A stretch of 64,000 bases of DNA from Podarcis gaigeae (taxonomy: Eukaryota): the NCBI GenBank assembly GCA_964106915.2, contig OZ066926.1. One strand, written 5' to 3'. The notes beneath the pieces were generated by a model. It was not told where the DNA came from, searched no databases, and saw only the letters and a list, made by a program, of their open reading frames with translations. Below are positions 48,493 to 60,100 of this stretch, one piece after another. Each line of letters begins with the position of its first letter. Position 1 is the stretch's first letter. The position numbers and the translations under genes are program-made.

Positions 48493-48652
48493 CAGGGTTG
48501 CCATATTTCAAAAAGTAAAAACCAGGACACCCCAAAGTTCTTGAGCATACTTTTTTTTTACAAAATCGTGGTTTTTCGATTGATCCTGGACACCAATTCC
48601 GGCTTTGAAATCCCAGTAATGCCTAGGAAAATTCCGACATATGGCAGTCCTA
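48493..48652. mobile_element. hAT-type MITE (same family as 39256)
   Basis: CAGGGTTGCCATATTTCAAAAAGT...GGCAGTCCTA, TSD TCTAACA(G/A). Confidence 0.78.
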
Positions 48653-50126
48653 TCTAACAATCCCAAGGCGCTGCAAGATTAATACACCTCTGGTTTTTTC
48701 TTGGCCTAGTGTTCAACCCAATCCGGCCCATGCTTTAGCCTAGCGGTTCTCATATTCCTTCCAAACTCTTATTCCCCTCCTTGCATCATCTACTCCTCTT
48801 CTCTGCTTTAGTCCTTCCTTTCCACAGATGTCATATTACAATAACTCGTCATGGGCCTCTTAACTCCTAGCTGTTGCCACCAGAGGTATACCTAGGCTCC
48901 CTTGGCAAGGAGCTGTATCGGTGCCCCCTCCCCCGACCCTCGCACTCCTCTGCCGAGGTGCCTAGAGTAGCCTGTGCACCTCACCCCGCCACCCAGAGCA
49001 GAATCACAGACTTGTAGTGTTGGGAGGGACCACGAGGCTCATCTAGTCCATCCCCCTGCAATGCAGGAATCTTTCACCCGGCGTGGGGTGAAAGACACAC
49101 TCTGGGATCAGGCCAAAGGCCCTTTTAGTCCAGCATCCTGCTGTCACAGTGGCCAACTGGATGTGTCCACATGCAGGACCTGAGTACAATAGTACTCTTT
49201 CATTCATGATCCCCTCACAATCCTGCTCCATCCTCACTGGTGATTCCTAGAGCCTGGTATTCATAGCCATCCTGCCCCCCAACAGCATGGACAGGGCCCT
49301 AAAGCCTCTCTGCCAACCAAAGCGCTGAAGAAAACCAACCCTGGGTTTGTTATGGGTTGTATGGCAGCTGCAAACTGGCAAGGTTTTCTAGTAGTGGTTT
49401 CGTTCTGACTTTTCTCTCCCCCAGCCCCCCGCATGGAGTAGCAGCCCAAGAAATTTCCAGAAGGCGCTGAAGGGAAAGCCTTTCAGCCAATCAAATGGCA
49501 GATACGCCCCTCCTAGCACAGCTGACAGTGGGTTGGGAATAACTGCCACAGAATCTTCTGGAAGGGGTGCAAAGGGAAGAATGGACAGTGGTGTGTCTTA
49601 GCGACCAGATAGGGCAAAATGTTCCCACCTCTGCTAGAGAAAAGAGGCCACTGATGAGTCCTGTATTTTCACACACACACAAGCTGAGGAAAAAAATGAT
49701 GTGGAATCTTCCTGATTCAAATTAGAGAATAGAAGTCTGTCCATCCCGCCTCCCCACACCCCCTTTTTATGACTCCCAATGATGGATGTTGCCAAATTTG
49801 GAGAGGGTTTTTTTAAGGGGGAGGGGGTGTAACTGTAGTGAGTTTGGTGTTTGCATAAATCTATGCCATGTCCTTTCCCTGGAGGGTGCAAATGTTCCCA
49901 AAAGAAAGCAAAGCACACACAAGAGATCTAACGTGCGGCTCACACCAGAAAGGCAGGGTAGACAACTTGCATCCACCAGGACTGTTCCCTAAACAAATAC
50001 TCCTACAACCTTTGCTCTTCTGTTGTCTGCAATTGGCTTTCCATACTCCAGCATACTCCATAGTCCAGCATTTTTGCCTTGGCCAGAAGGCTCCACTGCC
50101 GCCAACAGCAGCAGCAGCAGCAATTA

Positions 50127-50373
50127 CCGTATTTTTTGCTCTTTTTCCCTCCTAAAAAGTAAGGGGAAATGTGTGTGCGTCTTATGGAGGGAATGCAGGA
50201 TGCGCAGCTATCACAGAAGCCAGAACAGCAAGAGGGATTGCTGCTTTCACTGTGCAGCGATCCCTCTTGCTTGTCTGGCTTCTGGGATTCAGGGTATTTT
50301 TTTCCTTGTTTTCCTCCTCCAAAAACTAGGTGCGTCTTGTGGTCTGGTGCGTCTTATAGAGCGAAAAATACGG
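50127..50373. mobile_element. pogo/mariner-type MITE
   Basis: TA|CCGTATTTTTTGCTCT...AGAGCGAAAAATACGG|TA. Confidence 0.8.
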
Positions 50374-50375
50374 TA

Positions 50376-51195
50376 TTTATACCCCGCCCATCTGGCTGGG
50401 TTTCCCCAGCCACTCTGAGCAGCTTCCAACAGAATACTGTATTAAAAACACAATAAACCATCATTCATTAAAAACTTTCCTAAACAGGGCTGCCTTCAGA
50501 TGTCTTCTAAAAGTCAGATAGTTGTTTATTTCCTTGACATCTGATGGGAGGGAGTTCCACAGGGCAGGCGCCACTACCGAGAAGGCCCTCTGCCTGGTTC
50601 CTTGTAACCTCACTTCTCACAGGGAGAGAACTGCCAGAAGGCCCTCAAAGTTGGACTTCAGTGTCCGGGCTGAACAATGGGGGTGGAGAGTCTCCTTCAG
50701 GTATACTGGGTTGAGGCTGTTTAGGGCTTTAAAGGTCAGCACCAACACTATGAATTGTGCTCAGAAACGTTCTGGGAGCCAATGTAGTTCGGTGGCCACT
50801 CCCAGTCACCAGTCTAGCTACTGCATTCTGGATTAGTTGCAGTTTCCGGGTCACCTTCAAAGGTAGCCCCACATAGAGTACATTGCAGCAGTCCAAGCGG
50901 GAGATAACCAGAGCATGCACCACTTTGGCGAGACAGGTAGGGTCTCAGCCGGCGTACCAGATGGAGCTGGTAGACAGCTGCCCTGGACACAGAATTGGCC
51001 CGCGCCTCCATGGACAGCTGTGAGTCCAAAATGACTCCCAGGCTGTGCACCTGGTCCTTCAGGGACACAGTTATCCCATTCAGGACCAGGGAGTCCTGCA
51101 TACCCACCTGCCCCATCCCCCCAAAACAGTACTTCTGTCTTGTCTTGTCAGGATTCAACCTCAATCTGTTAGCTGCTATCCACCCTCCAACCATG
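50376..51195 (-). mobile_element. L2 LINE 3' fragment
   Basis: WIAANRLRLNPDKT, SLGVILDSQLSM, VHALVISRLDCCN, LQLIQNAVARL; frameshifted. Confidence 0.9.
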
Positions 51196-52254
51196 GCACC
51201 ATTGTCCTGCGGAGTTGTAGAGCAGTCTGTGTAAGGGGCTGCTCCGATTCTGACTCCCTAGCATAGGAGCAGCCAAAGTGGCCAGTTTCTCATAAGTTAT
51301 TTCAGCTGGCTGGCTGGCTGGCTGACTAGCCTGGATGGACTAGGTGCTGTTGCCTTAGCACACTCCACTCCAAAAGGTCCAGCAGCTCCTGTGGTCAGTC
51401 AGCCCAGCCCTTGACTCTCCTGGGCCTGAGTAACTAAATAACAGTGGAACAGACTTTGTCAGGAGGTGGGCTCTCCTTCATGGAAGGTTTTTAATAAGCG
51501 ATTGGATGGCCATCTGCTTTAGTTGAGATTGCCTGCATTGCAGAGGGTCCCTTCCAACTCTGCAATTCTTTGATATGATTCTAGGATCCAGGTACCCTGA
51601 TTTTGGATGTTGCTGCCTCTTTAATGTAAAAACTCCTCCATAATGTTCTTCCTCCTCACTCTCCAAGGCCAAATAGTCTTAGTTTAACCATGAACATCTC
51701 AGCACTTGGTGCTTTGGGGAAGCAGCTGAGAGTTGGCACCTCTGGCAGCACCATCATTTCCCTGCCCTTCATCTCAGGGGTGTGTGCGTGAGTGTCACTG
51801 CAGCTGCAAGAGTATGCATAGCACCACCCTTGGTGGCTATTTCTGGAATGCACCTTCCTCAGAAGACCCACTCCAGAGCTCAGAGAGGATCTCTTCAGGC
51901 TGGGAGGGGGTCTCCTTCCAAGCCAGAAGCTCGTTGAGGCTGCTCAGTTGAGACAAGGGGAGCCTTCTGTGCCTCAGCTGAGCAGCTTAATGAGGGTCTC
52001 CCTGCCTTTCTGGGAGGCTGAAGAGCCTCAGCAAAGCCCCTTTGCACCTCGGACTCACAAGCAGACCCTCCCTGGAGCCTGAAGAGAAAATCATCTACGG
52101 TCTCCACAGACTATGTCCTTGCGAGCCAGAGGGGCTTTGCAGAGGCTGGTCAGGTCTCTCCCCTCACTTCGGGGCCCAGCTGAGAGGTGCCAGAACACTG
52201 TTCCAGCACTTTCCAGTTGGAAAAAAAGCCCTGCTTTTACCACCCATACACTCA

Positions 52255-52665
52255 GTTTAGGTAGTTCCTTCTGGAGTCCCCCACAATCTCTTTTTGTTTT
52301 ACTTACCATGGAACAGTTTAGTATCATCAGCAAAATTGTTCACCTCACTGACCACTCCTAATTTTAGATCATTTATGAACAAGTTTGACCAAACTGCAGG
52401 AGGCAGTGGAAGACAGGAGTGCCTGGAGTCAGACAAGACTAAATGACTAAACAACAACAATGAACAAGTTAAAAAGCACAGGTTCCAATACTGATCCTTA
52501 GGGCACTCCACTTTCTACATCTCATCATTCAGAGAACTGGCCATTCATACCTACTCCTTGCTTTGTGAAGCTTAACCAATTCCTGATCTACAAGAGGACC
52601 TCTCCTCTTCTTCCTTGACTGCAAAGCTTACTTTGGGTGAGACACTTTGTCAAAAACTGTGAACT
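52255..52665 (-). mobile_element. CR1 LINE RT fragment with a nested short BovB 3' end (52386-52459)
   Basis: NLFINDL...FADDTKLF; insert with (CAA)n tail and TSD ATGAACAAGTT at 52375-52385 and 52460-52470. Confidence 0.8.
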
Positions 52666-52948
52666 CATCCACATTCACCTTTTGCCCCGAGCTTTCTAGG
52701 CACAGGTCTGCATTTTAAAGCACTGTGTCTCAGCACTTTTTGGGGGCACCAGCACTTTCCCTGCAAAAACCTGCTGCTTAACACTAAGTTGGAACAAACA
52801 GCAATTTGGATTTTCCTAGCTAGCTTTTTCCTCTGAGGGAAAAAAATTAAATGGTGCTCCAACCCCTCTACCTCACCCACCCACCTATCCAACAAATTAT
52901 CCACAAGTGGAGTAATAACATTTCTTCATTTAGCAGGTCACACTTGAG

Positions 52949-53594
52949 CAAGGGTAGGCAAACTAAGGCCCGGGGCCCAGATCTGGCCCAGTTGCCTTCT
53001 GGATCCGGCCCACAGAAGGTCTGGGAATCGCCGCGTGGATCGGCATGGATCTGATCGTTCGGGCTGCGCCAGTGTGCATGTTCAGCAGCGCCTCCTCCCT
53101 CCCTCCTCCTGGCTTCTCCCTTGCCCTGCCTAGAACCAAAAGGAAGGGGACTGGGTTTTGTTGGTGCCAGCAGCAGCAGCAGCATTAGCGCTCGAGTGGC
53201 CACCATTGTAAGCAGGCTCAATTTGGGCTTTGTTGCTGCCAGCCCCTCTCCGGAACCCTTTCACACTGTCTCGCCACCGCCAGCCCCTGCCGCTCTCAAG
53301 ACACAGGTAAGCAGCCACCGGGGCTTGTCCGGTGCTGTGGAGAAAGGAGGGGAGAGTCGGGGGGGGTGGCTTACCTGAGTAGAATGTGTCCTTTTATTTA
53401 AAATGCATCTCTGGGTTATTTGTGGGGCCTGCCTGGTCCTCTTGCATAGAATGCTGTGTCCTTTTATTTAAAATGCACCTCTGGGTTATTTGTGGAAATT
53501 CGTTCTTATTTTTTCCCCAAAATATAGTCCGGCCCCCCACAAGGTCTGAGGGATAGTGGACCGGCCCCCCACTGAAAAAGTTTGCCGACCCCTG
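52949..53594. mobile_element. hAT-type non-autonomous transposon (longer, inverted relative of the 47728 element)
   Basis: CAAGGGTAGGCAAAC...GTTTGCCGACCCCTG, 8-bp TSD CACTTGAG. Confidence 0.88.
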
Positions 53595-54149
53595 CACTTG
53601 AGGGTAACCATCTGGCTTACAGTCACAGGCGTCAAGTCCTCCTGTCAACAACCTGTGAGATCTGGTTGGGTTTGGCTCTAACCAGAAAAGGAAAGAAAAC
53701 AAGACCTCCTCCTCTTCCTTCTTCTATGTTTATTAAAAAATAGTCTGAGACTTGGCATATCTATAGCAACGAGTTGTTCCAATTTCTTTTTATATATATA
53801 TAAGTAACCTTTATTGAGTAGTATCCTGGTTCACTCATCACTTCAACACGGGCTGTGACAGGAACCAAATGTGCCGTGGACTCCATCAAGACAAGATCCT
53901 TTCAAAGTGGTTCAGTTACAACTTCTGAAAGCAAGAGCAGGGGAGCACAATGTGTTACAACACACCATCTATTTAAGGTGGTCCTATCCTGGTTTGCATT
54001 TTAAAGCCCTCAAGGCAGCTTACCTAACAGATGCAAACTATATAAAACATAATATCAAAGAGCAGTTGTCCTCTTTGTCATTGCTTCCCCTACATCCAGG
54101 ACTGTTCCTAAGCAGGTTCTCCTAGGAAAACACAGCCTTTGCTCTTTGG

Positions 54150-57100
54150 TTATAAGCTATAAGTGGAACTGCAGTTGACTTTCCACACTATCAGTGGTCC
54201 AGCATTTTTGCTCAGGGCTAATTTCTTCTTCTTCTTCTTCTTCTTCTTCTTCTTCTTCTTCTTCTTCTTCATCATCATGGCCTGGTGGCCATGATGTAGC
54301 TGCAATGGATGGGGCAGCACACCTTTCTCACAACCCTTGTGATTTGCGTCATTTTATGACCCCGATTATATTTAAAATCATTATTGTAATTATTGTTAAA
54401 ATGGAATGTGTTTTGGGGAGGGGCCGTAAAATTAATACTTATGGACAAATTTCCATTGGAGCTTCAGTGGTTTAGAAATGCAGAAAGAAGCCCCTGGAAG
54501 AAAGAAGTATGGGAGAACTTTTACACTATGGGCTGGTTCAAATATGACTGCAACCTCAAGTGAAGGGTGGCACATGGAAATGGGCTATCACGGATCATCA
54601 CCTCAAATGCACATTTTGCTGTCTCACCAGTACAGCCATTTAATACCGCTCTTATATCATGGTCTCATGGATAACCCTGGCAACTGTAGTTTGTTCAGAG
54701 TGCTGGGAATTGTAGGTCTGTGAGTTCTGCATCCTAAGCATACTACAGTTCCCAGGAATCTTTGGTGGAAGCCAAAATCTTTAAAGTTGCATTAGAGTAC
54801 TTCAATTGTATGGTGTGGGTTAGGTTTAGCATCTGACATTAGAGTCTGGTACCTTGTAATCACCCTTGCCTTTCAGTCTCTCTAGCGATGAGGACAAGAC
54901 ACTATAGATGGTTATGAAAGTAGGGCTGCTTCTTTGTCTCGCTGCAAAGCAAATGGAGCCGTTAGTAGGTGCCTGGCTCTCAGTGATACTAGCACCAGGC
55001 AGGAGCATGATGGTGGGGGATATAGGAGCTAAGCATTGCTGTAGATCATTTAATTGGCATTTCGTCTTACCTGAACTCAGAGCCTTTCCCAATTTGTTTA
55101 TGGACTTATTGCTCCTAGTAAAAAAGAAGTTTAATTAGTTCACTTTGTACAAGGAGTTAAACAGTTATTGATTCCTTAGTATTATTATTCTAAGGTTTAT
55201 AATGGCCTGAGACCATTTACTGGCCTTGCTTGGAATCCCAGGAGTGTACCATTGAGTGTTATACAGAATAGTAATGAATGAACATGGGGGATGTTAGGGT
55301 GGTAGGCTGCTCCCATGTGCATTCCTTGGAACATCCAGAGAGCCCTGTATGTGCAAGATTTCTGATCATAGGAAGAAAGGGCTCTCAATGCCAGTTGGTT
55401 CTCCCAGCTTACCTGGGTGGTTTCCCTGTGGCACTTCTGGACTGGATCTGTTTAGCTAGATCTTTACTTTGTTTTTCTGTTTCCAGTGCTTTGCTCTGAG
55501 GTCTTGACGTTTGGCCACCCACTTTGGAGGGCCTCACACCCGCATTATCCCAGCCTTGATCAGAAGGTCCCACTGCCAGCGATGCCTTTGTCCTGCGGAG
55601 TTGTAGAGAAGGCTCCTTTTCCTTTGGGGATGGACTCTGAGAAGGGGGGTTCTCCTGCTCTGGGGAGGGGCTTAAAGGAGACTGTGGCCTGCTTGGCGTT
55701 GGGGATTTCACGTCTGTGCGGAGTTGTAAAGAAGGCTCCTTTTCCTTTGGGGATGGACTCGGAGAAGGGGGGCGCCCCTGCTCTGGGGAGGGGCTTAAAG
55801 GAGTCTGTGGCCTGCTTGGCGTTGGGGATTTCACGTCTGTGCGGAGTTGTAGAGAAGGCTCCTTTCCCTTCGGGGATGAACTCTTAGAAGGGGGGCGCCT
55901 CTGCTCTGGGGAGGGGCTTAAAGGAGTCTGTGGCCTGCTTGGCTTTGGGGATTTCCTGCCTGCAGTCTGTGAACGTGAGGGGCTGCTCCGATTCCGACTC
56001 CCAGACTTAGAAGGAGCAGCCAAAGTGGCCAGTTCCCCAGAAGTCATTCGATCATGCCAGCTGAGTAGCCTGGATGGGTTAGACGCGGCTGCCTTAGCAC
56101 CCCCTCCACGAGGTCCAGCAGCCACTGAGGTGGGAGATCTTGGGGCAGAAGTGGCTGGTGGTGATCTGGACTTGTGCCCCTGGAAAGGAAGAAGGAGATG
56201 CTATCCTCCTGGCCTAGGTGGGTAATGGAGCCCCAAAAGGCAGGGAAAGATAAAGGCAATTATCATACCTTTGCTTCCAAGGAAAGCTTGGCCCACCCAC
56301 TTCTCGATGAGCTAGAGCTCCTGCTTTCTCAATCCATTCAGGAAGGTGGTCCCCTGAGCACTGCCAGCTGAGCGCTTTCCAGCTGTTGGGCGGGAGACTC
56401 CACTAGACTACATGGGCAGGGGACCATGTAAAAACATTTTGCCTACTACAATACAAAACATGGAGCATCCCCCATCCCGATCTTTTGCTTTTAAACATCT
56501 TGCCTGAAGAGGAGTTCTGGAGAACTCAAAAGCTTGCACACTATTTTGTTATATCTTGGTTGCTCATAAGAATATAAGAAAAGCCTGCTGGATCAGGCCA
56601 ATGGCCCATCTAGCCCAGCATCCTATTCTCACAACTGCCTACCAGATGCCTACAGGAAACCTGCAAGCAGGTCCAATAAGGGAACCGTCTGAATATGGAT
56701 TGTAGAACATGGACAGCATTTGATTTCTTGTGAAGAACTGAAACTCTGCTCTCCTCCCCGGTTCTGGCTTCCCACACTGGTGCCATTTTTTGTCATAAAG
56801 CACCACGAGTCTGACAGTCAGTGGGTCATCTGTAATGGCATCTACAGAGTTGGAGAAGGAAACGTTCAGACTCTTTTAACTGTCCTTACCTCCCTGGCTG
56901 GGATTCCACGTGTTTCTTGAGCAGAGTGGCCAGCAACACCTTTAGAGGGGGGAAAGGAGAGGAGGCAGGAAGCAAGATAGTGAATGCTGTGGAGGCTCTG
57001 AAGAGACCTGTGGTTGAAGAGGGGTCTGTAGAAAATAGGGAAGGGGCACAGGTTCTAGGGAAATACACCCCTGCTCCCCCAGCTGCTTCAGACACTCAGC

Positions 57101-60100
57101 TGCATTAAAGCTGACGTTTAACCTGAGTGGGGCCCTTGACTTCAATCCATCCATCCTTACCTGATTTTCGGATGTTACGTTTTGCAACAGGGACACTTTC
57201 CCTGCAATGGAAAGGCTGGAATGAAAACTGCACCAAAAAAACCCCAAAACTACCACAGTTTGACAAGAGCTGAATCATTGACACCAGCCTTCCACAACTT
57301 GGTGCCTTCCAGATTTTTTGGACTCTAACCAGGGCTGGGCCCAGGACACCTTGCCACTTGAGGCATCCCACCTCGACTCCCTGCTACACTGCCTGTGAGG
57401 CAGTGGAGTATGACACACAGACGCAGCTGTGGTGTGGGAAGGACATGGTTGTAGACGAGGTGGCAGATGAGGCAGCGTAGCCACAGAGACAGTGGCGAGA
57501 GCAGTGTGCTCCTTGGTCCTGACATGCTAGCTGAGGCAACTGCTTCACTGTGCCTCATCCCCACTGTGTCTCATCTCCCATCACCCCTAGCCAGCATGGT
57601 CAATTGTCAGGGATGGTGAGAGTTGTAATCCAAAACATCTGGAAGGCAGCACATTGGGGAAAGCAGATTTACTCACTTCACAGAGATGAGAACAGGGACA
57701 CACTTGTGCTACCTGTATTGTCATTGTAAAGCTTGCTAGTAAGGCCTCTCTTCTGCTACTACCCTTCACCACCCCATTGCATATTACTGAAGACTCAGTC
57801 TTCCCCCCACCCCATAGGACTGGAGTGGCCTGACCACCAACTTAAAAGCAACAATTGTATTTGTCCTTTTGGTTAACGAGCAAAACACAGGTGCCTGACA
57901 ATGTGTTCTCTCTACAAAATATACTTCCAGATACCCCTTGATTGTCAACTCATTGCATTTCCAGAGATGGGTCGTTAATCCATGTTCACATGATGTTATC
58001 CAAAATGCCTGTGTCTCCTGGGTTTTGTTATTAGATAATACTGTTGGGTGAAATGTTTCTCAAGCCAACTTCACACTGATTGGAGTGCTTAAACCATTCC
58101 TAATTTCTAGCCGAGATAAGAATACCTTTGCATAGGGTAAAGACATCGCCACCCCATCAATGCCCCCTGCTGTGTTCACAAGCAGAAGCTAATCTGACAG
58201 TAATGAAGCTGTGCTGATGTGAACAGCTAGTGTAGCTGGCCAGGTACAATACCATGGTGCAAAGCATAATGAATAAATGAAATGCAACTCCTTCTACACT
58301 CCAGGGCAGCTGCATTGGGCATGCAGGCTGAATCAGAAAAAGTACTGCCTCAATGGACTAATGCAGAGCTTTCCAAACATTTCATGTTGGTGACACACTT
58401 TTTAGACATGCATCATTTTGCGACACAGTAATTCAGTTTTACCAGCAAACTGGAGGTTAAACTAACCCCTTTCCAGCCCGGGGAGGAGTGCGGGGAGGGT
58501 TCACGCAACACACCTACACACTGCAGCCAACACACTAACATGTCACAACACACAAGTTTGGAAAGCTCTGGACTAACGTATCAGGGCCTGTGCAGCTTAA
58601 ATGTTCTCATCAGCATCGCAAAGACAATGAGCTAGGCTGCGGTAAGTGACAGTGCTTTCCACTTGCTGGAGGCCACCTTGTTCTGGGCAGGGGGAGGGCT
58701 CTGTGTATAAGAGGTGTGTTTGTTACTTGGGCTGATGCTGGAAGCTGGAGGCACAGAAACATGTCTGCTCTGTGTTGGACTTGGGGCTCCCCTGAAAACC
58801 AAGTAGGGAAACAAGACCTGTTAGGATGCTAATAATGTAAGTCCCTCCATCTTATGCTCAGGTTGTATAGCCTAAAGACAACAGTGTCTCCGCTGGCCAT
58901 CATTTCGAGGCAATGAACTCTGGGTAAGCACAGGCAACCCTGGAGTCTCTTGCCACTTGGAGACTAGGACTGCATGCAATGATAACATGTTAAGGGTTGT
59001 TAATCCCAATACAGATGAAACACATACAGGGATCTTGACGTGCTCTTGACCAGGTTGGCTTCACGCAGCTGCTCCTTCACTATTTCATTGGAGTCTTCTT
59101 CAGCCATGACAATTGCAAGCCAATGCTGATGGAGAAAGACAGCGAGTCATACACATGTATAAGGATACAGTAAGGCTGGACCGTAAAGAAGGCTGATCAC
59201 CGAAGAATTGATGCTTTTGAATTATGGTGCTGGAGGAGATTCTTGAGAGTCCCATGGACTGCAAGAAGATCAAACCTCTCCATTCTTAGGGAAATCAGCC
59301 CTGAGTGCTCACTGGAAGGATAGATCCTGAAGCTGAGGCTCCAATACTTTGGCCACCTCATGAGAAGAGAAGACTCCCTGGAAAAAGCCCTGATGTTGGG
59401 AAAGATGGAGGGCACAAGGAGAAGGGGACGACAGAGGATGAGATGGTTGGACAGTGTTCTCGAAGCTACCAGCATGAGTTTGACCAAACTGCAGGAGGCA
59501 GTGGAAGACAGGAGTGCCTGGCGTGCTCTGGTCCATGGGGTCATGAAGTGTCGGACACGACTAAACGACTAAACAACAACAACTACAACAAGGATGGCAG
59601 CCAGGGACAGGGATGTGGGGGGATGGGGAGGGTTAGGCACCCATAACAAACTACACTTCCCAGGATTCTTTGAGGGAAAGGCAGGTTTTAAATGTATGGT
59701 GCATGTACGCATCCAAAACAGAGAGACTGATGGGTTCGCCAATGTGACAGGCAAAGGTGGTAGACTTTGAGAGGGCTGTGTTTCATGAGACTGACCTTCT
59801 CGGGCGTAGCACGAAAGCTAGCGCTCTTCCATATCGTGTGGAGCCCGGATTGCTTTGACGTAAAGCTGATTGGATCACTGATCCTGCCACTGGCCACATT
59901 CAAGACGTAAATGAGACGCAGCCAGCGCTGAAAGATGATGTCCTCTTGCCCTGCAGGGGCACAGAGTTGCAGATAATATTTCCGGCCATTTGCCATCTTC
60001 ACTCTCAGCTGCCGCTCATTCATGCTATGTACTTGAAACGCCACCAGGTTTAAAGAGATCAACCTGCGGGCAGAGGAAATACTCAGCCTAGGAACTTCTG

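Larger units (their letters stand above)
49976..51430 (-). pseudogene. Decayed partial duplicate of GARIN 3' exons, interrupted by a MITE and an L2 fragment
   Basis: 49976-50092 aligns by eye to 54096-54218; 51203-51390 aligns to 55588-55608 plus 55963-56130; same order and strand. Confidence 0.75.

Noticed and set aside
52023-52147. 18-bp inverted repeat as a pre-miRNA
   Set aside because: Stem too short around a ~90-nt spacer; more likely a decayed MITE
55594-55956. CRISPR-like array
   Set aside because: Contiguous 123-bp units with no unique spacers, inside a vertebrate exon
56269-56407. Extra GARIN exon ending AAAG|GTATGA
   Set aside because: Good donor, but the best acceptors give stops or a phase that does not fit the next exon; left unresolved
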